The translations under genes were made by a program, and so were the position numbers. Positions 37,079 through 48,776 of a stretch of DNA of 64,000 nt are shown here, piece by piece. The first letter of the stretch is position 1. Every line of letters begins with the position of its first letter. The DNA is taken from NCBI GenBank assembly GCA_973895155.1, contig OZ316892.1, positions 27,241,233 through 27,305,232 of the forward strand, read 5' to 3'. The notes under the pieces were generated by a model. The model saw only the letters and a list, made by a program, of their open reading frames with translations, ran no database searches and had not been told where the DNA came from. Source of the stretch: Marsupella aquatica (lineage: Eukaryota > Plantae > Marchantiophyta).

Positions 37079-39949
37079 GCCCGTGTATCAGTTTTAACTT
37101 CAGTTTCGGTGCTCTCTATTGCCTGCTATCTGCCGTTCACGTCCTTCCCCACTCAAGCCCCCGCGGTTTTAAGTATATACATTTGTTTTCTAAAACGTTT
37201 GCTTCATTAATGAACAGATTTATCACGTCTGCCCAAGTGCCATTGTCTATCCCTCAAGATCTTGAAAACCAAGATTTTCTCTCATGATAGCATCTCTCTC
37301 ATTCAATTCAAAATAAATGACGTAAGATGGGGCCTCAGTGGCAGAGGTGAAGCTAACGAAGTCTCTTAAGGGTGTCATTCCTCCACGCGGTGTGCCACAA
37401 AACTAGTCAAAGAAACTGATTGTGCTCCACCAACAAAACTCATTGAAGTCTTTTGCGAATGACTTGATCGAGTACCGGAAGGGAAAAGTACCTCGCAGTG
37501 ATAGACTAGCATTGTAGCGTTCCATTCTGTTTCCTCCAGCTGAATGATGAGGGATGCTTCTGGTCACAATTGTACGCATTAAACTGGACGGTCAAGTTGT
37601 GCAATCACTTAAACTTACAGGATTGCCTGTTCGAAATCCTTACAGGTACAGAGAAAACCGCTTACCATCGAAAATCCTTCAACTCGTGAGTTCATCTAAA
37701 CAACATCGAAAAACAGAGTGCCAAGCAATTGTCACATCATTAATTTTACATCACAGCCTTTGACAGGCTGAGACTTTCCTCCAACCTGCAAAGTTTGGTC
37801 TTCGAGAAAAGTTTGGTCTTCAAGATCTCCCTTTATGTCCAATGGCAATGGCTCCTTTTTGGCTTGTTTCAAGCTTCTTGAAAAGATATTTCCAACAGTC
37901 TAGTGTCGCTAAATTTTATGAAGGTTTTACAGAGTTATCAAATTCTAAGAAGATATTTCCAATTAGTCTAATATCTCTAGCGTTTAAGAAGAATTTAGAG
38001 AGTACTGACCAGTGGAATATCTCTACAGTAGTTTGTATGAACATTTGAGAGAGTACTCATTTCCTAAAGAGATAGTCCCAACAAGTCTAACATCCCTAGT
38101 TTTTGTGAAGATTTCAGAGAGGTAATTGATAAACATTGCTCCAGTCACTCAGTTTCCAGAAAGTTTAGGTGAACTCACTTTTTGTTGGAAAAGTTTTGAG
38201 GGCTGGCTTAGATATTCAAAATCTCCCCCTATATCCAATTGAATCTTATGTTTTGAAGTTAGTCTTCTAGCATGGTTAAGTCAAATTTCATTGAGAGACA
38301 AATCTCCAAAGATGGTCATTTTCACTCATTGGTGAAATGTGGACTATATGGTCAGAAAGGAGGGTTTTGTTGTGGTCCATCCAGGCAAAAAAGCATATCC
38401 TAGCATTTAGTGGTGGACCTTGTCACCCACCGCCCTCACCAATCTCAGCACCCACGCCTAAGTGTCTTTGGTGCCCAAACGTCTCCATGAAACTCCTTGA
38501 GCAAGCAACTTGATGCACCCTGCACCCTCGACAGCCACTCCCATACGAAGTCGCACTTGCTCCCTAACACGACCGTCGCTCAACGACCTCCACTCTCTGC
38601 ACAAGCAACCAAGCACTTTGGTAAGTAACCCAAAAGGATGTAGATCTCTCAAGTCTAGCATCCTAACTCAAGTTCAACAGACATTAGTAAGTAGGTCAGC
38701 AATAGATCTTCCCTTTGCCATAAGCCGGAGCCAGAGTCGACACCCATTGATCGTCTAGAACAACCCCTCTTTCCCCCAGGACATGCTCATGCCTTGTCCT
38801 AAAGCTTGTCCTAAAACACTGGGACCATAACCCTAGAGAATCACTCGTAAGTTGGATTATTAGAATGAGGTGCGAACAAATGAAGGTAATTTTTAATCTT
38901 GTTGGGGTAATAATTATAATCAAAACCTTATACTAAAAGCATTTAAAAATCCAATTTTGGTAAAAATATTAGTTTTTATATTCAACAAGGTATTTTAGTA
39001 TTTGTCAAAGTCATATAATAAACGGTTGTACAAGGGTATTTTTAATTGAATTTATTTTTTAATTAATTTTTTCAAATTTCATTGGTTTGTTCTCACATGT
39101 TTTAGGTGTTTTACTCTAAGTGATTCCCCAAGGGACCATAATGGCTTAACTCTAGCAACCAACTCAAGGTCCTCGCTCAATTGATAGTCTAGGGGCCAAG
39201 TGCGCTTGGAACTCAACCTCCATGTCTACTTGGCCTTGCTTCCTAACCGCAAGTTTCCTTAGGAAACTAAACATGGTTTGGCGACTATTTCGGCAGGATT
39301 TGGCAAGACAGTCGAGTTCTGCGAATCATTTTGGCAAACTCAATTTTGTTATTCAAATTATCCATATATTACAAATACTACTAGTTGAATGCTCGAGCTT
39401 TGCTCATAAGTAAACATTGAGTAGTGTTGTGCCCATTTCCAGTTTCACCCCAGCAATAGTTGTGCCCCACAGTCATTGTCTAGAGTTCAATAATTTTGGA
39501 CAATAGCTTTAATTGATTGCTCTTTACGTTCTCCAATGTGGACCATAGATTTTGATAGTCAGGTTACTTTGTCTTATTGATAGTTTTGCTGTGTAGTCCA
39601 GATGCAGTTTGTCTTAGACATTATATATACATCTTGTATATGTGTAACTTAAAATTGTTTTTCCTTGGTGTTTTTCATTTTCTTCTCCTAGACCCTTTCC
39701 TTAGCTCTACATATACTTTTTTCAGTCTTGCTCATTCTTGATCATAGGATGTTATGTGCATTCATAAATTTAAATAATTTTTAATTCAAATTTCATGCGG
39801 GTGCTCTTGAATTTTCTTCTACAAGACTCTCTCCTTAGTTCTGTACCTGTCCTTCCATCTTGCTCATTCTGTATTATAATATTTTTCTTATTTTTATATG
39901 TAATACTAGCCCCATGCGTGTGCATTGCACAAAAGATGTCAAGGTGGAG

Positions 39950-40265
39950 AAAAGATCTTGAAGTGAAAAAAGATGTCAAGGTGAGGAAAAGAAATAGAGG
40001 TGAATAAGATTTTAAGGCGAGGGAAAGATGTCGAGGAGAGAAAGATATCAAGGTGAGAAAAAGATGGCGAGATGAGACAAAAGATGTCAAGGTGAGAAAA
40101 AGATAGCAAGATGAGAAACAGATATTTAAAATGTTGAGGTGAGAAAAAATGGTGAGGAGACAAAATGATGTTGAGTGCAAAAGAAGTTTGAGGGGGAAAA
40201 AGATATAGTGTCGATTAAAAGATGTCAAGGCAAGATATTGAGGTTAGGAAAAGATGTCAAAAAGA
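39950..40265 (+). repeat. Purine-rich degenerate minisatellite (AAAGATGTCAAGGTGAGAAA-like)
   Basis: More than 10 degenerate copies; explains the repetitive spurious ORFs at 39770-40228. Confidence 0.8.
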
Positions 40266-41419
40266 TATTGTGCAAAAGTGATAAGGGAGAAAGGTGAGGA
40301 CAACATAAGCATACACATTTACACAACCCCAGGTGGAGAGTGACATCCCCCCTCCTTCTCATTGCCTTCTCTCTGCCCTTTCTCTTGGGTTACCTCTCCC
40401 TTTGTCCCACCCCTGAAAGACCTGTATGTCTCCTAGTCCCTATCTCCTCATAATGTTGTCCCAAGTGCCCTATACTAATGGCAACACATGGCATTCACAT
40501 AAAGCCTATGTCATCCTGCTCTTCTTGGGAATCTTTGTGCATACCAAAAACCTTTGTGGTTTGCTCTAGAGTTTACTTTAGGCTAGGATAAAAGAGTTTA
40601 TAAAATCCAATGATTATAGAATCTTCCTTCCAAAAGTGATTTTTTAAACCTAAGACCCACCATTTTTGGCTGGATAGGGTACTGTAATAGTAAAAAAATT
40701 CAATCTTGCTCAGCCTTTACTATAACATGTTTTGTTTATCCTTCTTTCTAATTAAAATTAAAATTGGCATTTCAGACTATATAATGAAATGCATTTATAT
40801 TCTCTAGCGTTTCACTCTATACATTCCATTTCTCTTTAAAATCTAAAAGCTGTACAATTAGAATAGTGGTATAGATTTGGCTAAGTCATGGTCTAGATTC
40901 TAAGTTGTGCCACCCAAGTAAGTCTAGAACATAGCTTCCGATGCTCTTAATTAGATAGACTTTAGCCACTTTGATACAGTATCATTGTTTGCATGTTCCC
41001 AAATTAAAAAAGAAACCTTCAAAAGGTATCTATGGCTTGCTTTGTAGTTTTGAAACGAAAAGCTATTATCCTTTCGCCCACTTCATGTAGGATTATGATT
41101 GCCCCAACTCTCTGAAACTGTAGCCCCATCAGCAGCTCGATGCGGGAAAACTTGGTTCCAGAGCTTCAACCTTTTAGGGAACAATAGGAGGCATTGGGGT
41201 TTATGTTCCATGCCCTAGTGAAAGAATGATGCCGAGACAACACCAGCAGAGACAATCGTTATCGGCGTCAAGTTGCAGAAAGTGACATAACCTGGCAGGC
41301 TCTTCTTGACACTGTTTTTGCTGGACCCAATGTCTGAGGATCGCACAATCCCCCTTCTTCTTTGGAAGTTTGTTCGATGCAAACAGTCACACATCAAAAT
41401 GGTTAGATCCGGCCGCACA

Positions 41420-42570
41420 AAATGATCGATGAAAGTGTGATATACACCTTCAGAAATAAGTGATCATGAATTTGACTTGATTTACTTTCTTATGTTCTTT
41501 GGCAGTCTGATTGAACCCCACCAAGTAATCGATGAAAGTATGATATATACTTGAACTCCAAACAAAGTGATATATTGATGAGTTGAATGCTTTCTTATGT
41601 TTTTAGCAGTGTGATATTCACTTGAACCCCACCATGTGATCGATCAAAGTGTGATAAATACATGACCTGTAAGTAGTGATAGATGAATTTGACTCTAATA
41701 AGTTTCTTTTTACCGGGAGAAAGTAAATTTTTCTGCTCTTAATTCTTGTCTCCCACCATTCCTTTTTTCCACGCCATTCCTGCAGATGGAAGCGTACTAT
41801 GAATATCAGAATACTTGAACCGCAAAAAGTGATCGATGAATCTGTCAGTATAATTGAACCTGATCTCAACTATGAATCTGTCAGTATACTTGAACCGCAA
41901 AAAGTGATCGATGAATTCTGACTTGAGCACCTTTCTTCTGCTCGAAGAACATTACATTTTATGCTCTTCTGGGAACCATTGATGCCTTCCTTCCATGCCA
42001 CTCTTCAGATGTAAGTGTACTGGACTGTGCACACAGTCAGTGGCCGTTTCTCAACTGTCTGTGAAATTGTGATATACACTTGAACTCACTGCAAAAAGTG
42101 ATCGACGAATTTGACTTCAGCAACTGTCTTTTACGGGAGGAACATTATTCTTTCAGCTCTTCTTGTCTCCCAACATTTCTTCCTTCCATGCCATTAATTC
42201 AGATGCAACAGTACTGGACATTGCACGTGGTCGTCGTCTCAACTATGAAAATGCGATATACACTTGAACTTACCCAAAAAAGTGATTGATGATCGAATAA
42301 GTTTCTTTTTGCCGGAACAACGGTATTCTTTCTGCTCTTCTTCTCTCACCATTCCTTCGTTCCACGACATTCCTTCAGATGCAAGCCTACTGTACTGTTC
42401 AGACAATGATGTGGTCGTCTACTCAAGTACAAAGCTGTGATCGTCTTTTCAACTACGAAAGTGTGATATATACTTGAAGTCTTGAACTGTAAAAAGTGAT
42501 CGCTGAATTTGACTTGAATAGGATTGTTCTGCTGGACGAATATTACTCTTTCTGCTCGTCTTGTCACACA
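41420..42570. repeat. Degenerate tandem array with units of ~100-250 bp
   Basis: Recurrent gatatacacttgaac...aaaaagtgatcgatgaatttgacttga...ttccatgccattc..cagatg blocks, at least 5 times. Confidence 0.7.
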
Positions 42571-45500
42571 CCGAAGCAAGCTAGAGTGTTTGTCTTCTCA
42601 ACTCCATCGCTTCGTCTGTTCGTCGAGATTCACGAGCCGACGAACTGAGCAGAGCCGCAGGAGGGGACTCCGAGGCGTCCAATGTTCCACGTGATCAGAA
42701 AACTGTTCGTCTGTTCTTCTCCAGATAAACGCCGAAATGCGAGGTTAACAATCATGACGCTCAGAATCCGACGACGCTGTCAGCACAGCATCCGACGGCA
42801 GCATTGTCTTATTTTCTCGTCGCCATGTTGTGACCGTCGGATAAGATGTTGGGCCTCTGCAAGTTGGTCTTGCTGTGTTTTATTATTAGAGTGTTTTCTT
42901 AACTTGAACGCATTTCTATGGGTGGCTTTACAAGACGTTGGGGAGTTTCCTCATATTTTATGTCTCCAAGATTTGATAGAGCCATTCATTTGGGAGAAGA
43001 TTTCATTGATAGAGCCATCCATTTATATATATCACATGAATATGACATTTAGGATGTACGACACCCCTGCATACAGTGATAATCCTAGTTTTTTCCTTTC
43101 AATCAATGAATGCACCCACATTTTGATGTGTGATTACCAGCAGGGTAAACACATTGCACAAGGCAAAAAAGGCTTAACAGGGAAACATGGTACCAAAGGC
43201 AAAGCAATGAAGGGGAGGGAAAGGCCCCCAAGCAAAACAAGCCAAGGGGACCTCAACCAAAAACCAACAAAGGAACAAGTACAAAAAAACCTACCAGGGA
43301 GCTCTCATAATAATCATCCCCTAGCCCCACTGTCATCCATTTGGGAGAAACAGTTGTTGTTCACTTTACAAAAAAGTTGGGGGCACTTTGAAGACCTTGG
43401 GGGGAGGGGGTCTTGTAACGTAGTACTCATCATGTCAGTCAATCATCAATGTCAATGATAGGAAAAAGGGATCTATATGATAAGGAAAAAAAACGTAAGC
43501 GAGAATGGACCACAATGGTGGACATAGTGCTCCCATGGACGGCACTCTGGACTGTAGCTATCTTGCAATTTTGCCTCCTTCCACTTCCTTGTTTAGTCAC
43601 CGTTGATTTCATATAATCTACTTTCTGATCCAGAAACCATGTTTGGCTTAGCCAACAACAAAAATTGAAATAGAAGGAGCCCTATTTCTAGATTTGCTCC
43701 ATTGGTGTTTTTCTAGGCCATCCCCGACACAAGATGGAGTAGGGGTAGGCATGGGATCTTAGGGGCTGACACTAAAGGAGCAGCACGTGTCATTCAGGTG
43801 GAATACATGGTAACGCAGTAACAGGACTTTGTTGGACAGATGGACTAGGATTACCAGCTCTAGCCTGTTGTGGGCTTTCAGCTGTGGGCCTGTGGCTATT
43901 ACATGTCCATTGAAAGCTATTTGTAAATTGCAAGTGACTTGACTGATTGAGTTCCCCAATCATCATAGTTTTCATTGATCATATCATTGAATGTTTGGTA
44001 TTATTTCTAGTTGTTGGTATTTGCCTCAACCTCTCCATGGGTGTTTGTATAATTATTTGAAATCTGGTTTTGAACATCTTTAATATCTCTCTTTTATAAT
44101 GTGAAATAAGAAATTAGTATTGAAATTTTGAGCAGTTTCATAGAATATGTTTTTATAAAATAGAAGGATTACACTTGATACCCTAAAATATGTTATAGTC
44201 TATGGACTGTAAACGAAGGACTGTACTGTGGAATGTACTAACTATCAATTAGTGGAGAGGCGGAGCAAATATCATGATTATAAAGGAATGCATTCTCAGT
44301 CTCAAACTGGGAGCAGACCTGCAAATTTCTGACCTGGCATGGGCAAGTGTAGTACTTTGTATGATGGGGTTCGCGGATAGTACTGAGGGACAATACGGTA
44401 GAAAAATCATAGCAGGCCATCCATATGACCACACCACACTTGTCAAATGTTCGACACTAGTGCAAATTTGCATCGCTGTCAAGTGTAATAGCTATGTGAC
44501 TTCAAATAATCTTGTAACTACGACTGAAGATTTGGAGCAAAGTATTGCGTCAGGATTGTCAAGTTTGTCCGGGAAAATATTCTTAGTTTCCCCCCATTTT
44601 TCAACACTGCCGTCAATTGACTTCAACAATATGGGGAAGTCTACACCATAGCTCTTTGCCAATTGCTTTGGAAGAGATTCCTCCTGGGCACAGATTTCAT
44701 GAGCTATGTGTGAGGTTCTTGGAGAGCTCACATGGGTGTTCACTCTCCAATGGTCATTAATTGTTTCTTCTCCTGTCATCTCAACATGGCCAACACTCAT
44801 GTGTGGGAAAATCAACGACCCTTCAATCCACCAGTAGTTGTTGCACTGGGTTATTGTTACGGAAAGAATGAAGGATATTGAAAGGACATGACCAATGAAG
44901 AATTTGACAGGATAAAATTTGAATGAGGATGGGAATTCCCCGTCCCTGCCACCCGCCCCCCCCCCCCCCCCCCCCTCAACTTACTCCGTGACCCGGGGCA
45001 ATCACGGGGCCGCAGGGATGTACAATGTAGGAAGGAAGTCACAAGAATGGCCACGGACAGAGGGCCCATTATCAAGGCACTACAGGTCGCAAGTGGTCAT
45101 CCTGGGTACTCTGCAGCATTTACAATATATATGTGACATGTTTGTGTCCCTATAGATGTTGATTCACTTAGTCAAGCTTGGTCTGCCATTGCCAACACAC
45201 CCGGGAAACATTCACCTGTGATACCTCATGATTGCACATTACAGAGATCTAAGCCATACACCCTTATCATAAATGCAACTCCAAGTTTTTCCACTTAATT
45301 GTGACATGGTGCAAACCCTAGTTAAGTCGACACTGGATGCTTATTTGGGGGAGTGTGCAGTGTCTTAGCAAGAGCTTATTGTAAGAGCTATCTTGCATGT
45401 AGCTGGCCCTAAAACTCCTCAATCTCTGGGTTATAGCATTGAGGGCAGGGGCAGTGGATTGTCTTGTCTTCATTTTTCGAAGGTTGGGATTGCAAAGGCT

Positions 45501-46340
45501 AGAATATTTTTAATGATAGGTCTAATCAACATCAGAATTTTGATAGAATCCAAGCTCAGGACAGAAGTAGAAAGTTTAGGAAGACCAGTTAATGGGATCT
45601 TGAGCTGCCACCATGAGGTGGCTTTTCAAATCTCACGGCCAGACTAGTTTTGATCTCCTTTGGGTTGGTTGCACCAACCCTCCCGCCTCTGGCTCCCATT
45701 GTATTCCTTACTGGGTAGCTGTTGTCCAGGGGCCGGTTAGGGTGTTGAGGTCCTTTCTAGACAGAACGGCCATAATGATTTTACATTGGGTCTTGGTTTT
45801 TCACTTACAGAGCCATCAAGCCTCACAGGTGAGGCATTTTGGCCATTTTGTCTCCTTAAGTAGTACCTTGCCAGAAGGGTCGCAAATTGAAGGCCAGCTA
45901 ACATGCAAGACAGCTCTAAAAGTTTCCAAGTTAAAGCAAAAATATTTGATACTAAACCTACCTAGTAGTGGTGTTGCATAGTGTGCAACTTTCAAAAATT
46001 GTAGTGGGTGAGGGAGTGCATGTGCACTTAGGGAGAGCTTAGTAGCTTAATACCGTCAACATTTCCATGTTGAAACAAAACTTAATAATTGGTCTTTGCT
46101 TGGTGGAAGAGACACTAGACAGACCTATTTTCAGTTAAGGCATTTTTATGGAGCAAAGACCAATTGTGCAACTCCTAAAAATCATAGTATATTTCAATCT
46201 GTCAAAAAACAAGCAGAGCCCAACCTGGAGACATGATTCCTCAGGCAAAAGAACCAATCAAGGGAGACAACCAAAGGGCCAAGAAAGGCCAGGAAACAAA
46301 GAAACAAGAGAACAACCAAAGACCTAAATCATTTTAGCCG

Positions 46341-46737
46341 CCCACTGCCCGCTAGCTGCCCGACTGTTTTTTGGAGTCACACTTTTTCTAAGTGTGACTA
46401 GCGTGTGAATGATCCCCACTTTTGGGTGGGCAGTCACACTTTTTCTAAGTGTGACTAGCGTGTGAATGATCCCCACTTTTGGGCAGTCACACTTTTTCTA
46501 AGTGATCCCCACTTTTGGGCAGTCACACTTTTTCTAAGTGTGACTAGCGTGTGAATGATCCCCACTTTTGGGTGGGGTGAATGACAAGTCACTGTTGTCA
46601 TTGACCAGATTCGAACCTGGGACCTGCTGCATCCCAAAGGAGCTCCTCTACCAACTAGCCTTGGAGAAGTTTGTGCCTACATTGATTCGCTCTTGGTATT
46701 TAACTGTATATGAACGTTAGGAATACTGGGCAGTGGG
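46341..46737. mobile_element. Non-autonomous TIR element (~397 bp) with internal hairpin repeats and a tRNA-derived segment
   Basis: TIRs CCCACTGCCC (46341-46350) and GGGCAGTGGG (46728-46737), flanked on both sides by CCG (3-bp TSD candidate). Four internal units start at 46375, 46432, 46485 and 46521. Confidence 0.65.
46597..46670 (-). pseudogene. tRNA-derived (Pro-TGG-like) Pol III A/B-box segment; not a functional tRNA
   Basis: A-box-like AGGCTAGTTGGT (46661-46650), TT-TGG-GA loop, B-box GGTTCGAATCT (46617-46607). No acceptor stem; the T-stem has a deletion. Confidence 0.55.
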
Positions 46738-48776
46738 CCGTCACGTACGGGGTTAATAAAGGCTAATCGTATTGATTAGCCTCGATCTTGCCTTTCGTTC
46801 TTAATTGAGTAGTGAGCCATGGAATGAGACTTTTATAGTGGCAGGGTGTGATTTAAGACAGATATGCCCAGCGGCGGCCACGCGGCCAGTACAATAAAGT
46901 AGTCTGTCAGCTGAATGCAAAAACCACGGAGGTGATCATTCTGAATTTATTCGATGACACTGGTGGACTGTTCAAACGCCTTTCACAACACGAAGTCACG
47001 AACAAATACGGTAACAGCCGACAGAAGCTTTACAGTCCCTCGCTTTCGCTGGACGCTCACACACCTTAGAAGAGACGAGCAAACAACAGCCGTCGAAGCT
47101 CCATCCTCCATTTTCGGGTCCGCACAGTATTTTGGCATGGGAGGGCTAAATTGGGGAGACTTGACGAGAGACTCTGGAGCTGGCTACGTACACAAATTTC
47201 AGGCGTTGCTGTTCCGATTTGAATCTAGGAGACGGAGGAGGCCGAGGTGATCATACCGCGACACTGTTGGACTAATCTCACGTGTTCTAGCCCTGTGTCA
47301 CCGGTGGACGCGTAAGCACCTTGCAAGACGAGCAAACAGCAGCCATCGAACCTTTATCCTCCCTTGTCGGATCCTCATACCTCATACGTCATTCACTCTG
47401 TTGCAGCATTTGACAGAGCATTGGCTAGTGCGGGAGGTATAAGTTGACGAGAGACTGTGCAGCTGGCTGCGGATACAAACATATACATAGTCGTAGAGCA
47501 GGGAGGTTGGAGTTTGCTTCGACTTGAATCCAGGTGACAAAGAAGGCCGCGAAGCTGATCGTTGTTACTCTGCAGTGCTCTACGTAGAGCTCAACAGTTC
47601 TAACGATCAATGCAGGTGAGTGTCAACTCTGAGTAACCTTCCTCTTGCTGGAGTGTTTCAGCATTATGCGTCCTCGTCTGCCCACAAATCTATCTCTGTA
47701 AATGTCCTGCACGAACAAGCTACAGGAGCTGGGCAGAGACAGTCCGTTCTGGATTTCCTTTCTTCAGGTTTCGGCTTTAGATTAGCTTTTGTCCGGGGCA
47801 TGGGTCAACCATTGTGTTGAGCAAAAGGCGAAGAGGTGTTATGAGCTTGACAGAAGCTGACGACGGTAGGTAGCATGTATATGAACGCACTTTATCTACG
47901 CTGAACCTTTTTGAGAACAATTCGGGTAGACTCATGAACAGGAACCTCTCCGAATTGTAATCTCCGCACGGTTGCACGGAGATCTGACATCGTATCCGTT
48001 CTTCTCTCTGCATTCGTCATACTAGCCGGGCATTTCCGTGTTCATTTAATGCGGACGTAATTCCAGAGTCGAAGACGGTTCTCCCGGCATGACGTGATTC
48101 GCATCCCTTGCGGCTTTTAGCATGCTCAAGGGACAGATTTCTCTCGTGGTCTTAGAGTTTTACTTCCTGTGAGAATGTCGAATCCCTCTAACGTAATTGT
48201 GCACCTGAACATCATCGTGTAATGCTGGACATGGTGACACCAAGGGAGTACCTGTCACAAGTGATATGCAGAGATTCAGGGGTTAGTTAAGTTAAATGCA
48301 GGTACTGAGGGGTTTGTATTAGTCCTCGTATGTTGTATCTTTTTATGTTTACACTCAATGATAGCATTATGAGAGGCACTCCTTAAGTCTGCAATGTGAG
48401 TCCGACAAACTCTCTAATTGTACTTTCCACTGACGTATTAGTTTAAGAACAGTCTACTGAATGGAGCTTCGATTTGGTGGCGTTCGTTACTTTTTACTTG
48501 GCATCCGACGAATGCCAGAAACTTAGAAGGATTTCAGGAAAGCTGCCTAGTTCATGTGGATAGTCTGTTTTCCCATATGCTTCCTGTTTCAAATCATGAT
48601 TATCCCTTAGCATGGTATTCTTGTGGGATTACTCGGATCGGATCGGAAGCACGAAATCAACGATATGACTTCATGCTTTCGCTAGTGTCCAAATTGGACA
48701 ATTCGACCGAATTGAACTGATAATTTGAACCCCTTGAGTTGTGCAGTTGCTCGCTCTGGAATCGCGGTGTCGATCG

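Noticed and set aside
42682-43458. 258-aa ORF
   Set aside because: A patchwork of compositionally different segments, including a repeat-like A-rich tract; no domain.
44238-44870. Transposase remnant
   Set aside because: Coding-like but fragmented, with no diagnostic DDE or hAT motif that I can support; BLASTx is needed.
44956-44975. 20-nt poly-C run (G-quadruplex potential)
   Set aside because: An isolated homopolymer in decayed sequence with no functional context; its length is unreliable in assemblies.
46375-46577. CRISPR-like palindromic repeats
   Set aside because: The sequence between the palindromes is itself repeated rather than unique; better explained as TE-internal tandem repeats.
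46597-46670. Functional tRNA-Pro gene
   Set aside because: No acceptor stem, and the anticodon and T stems are imperfect.
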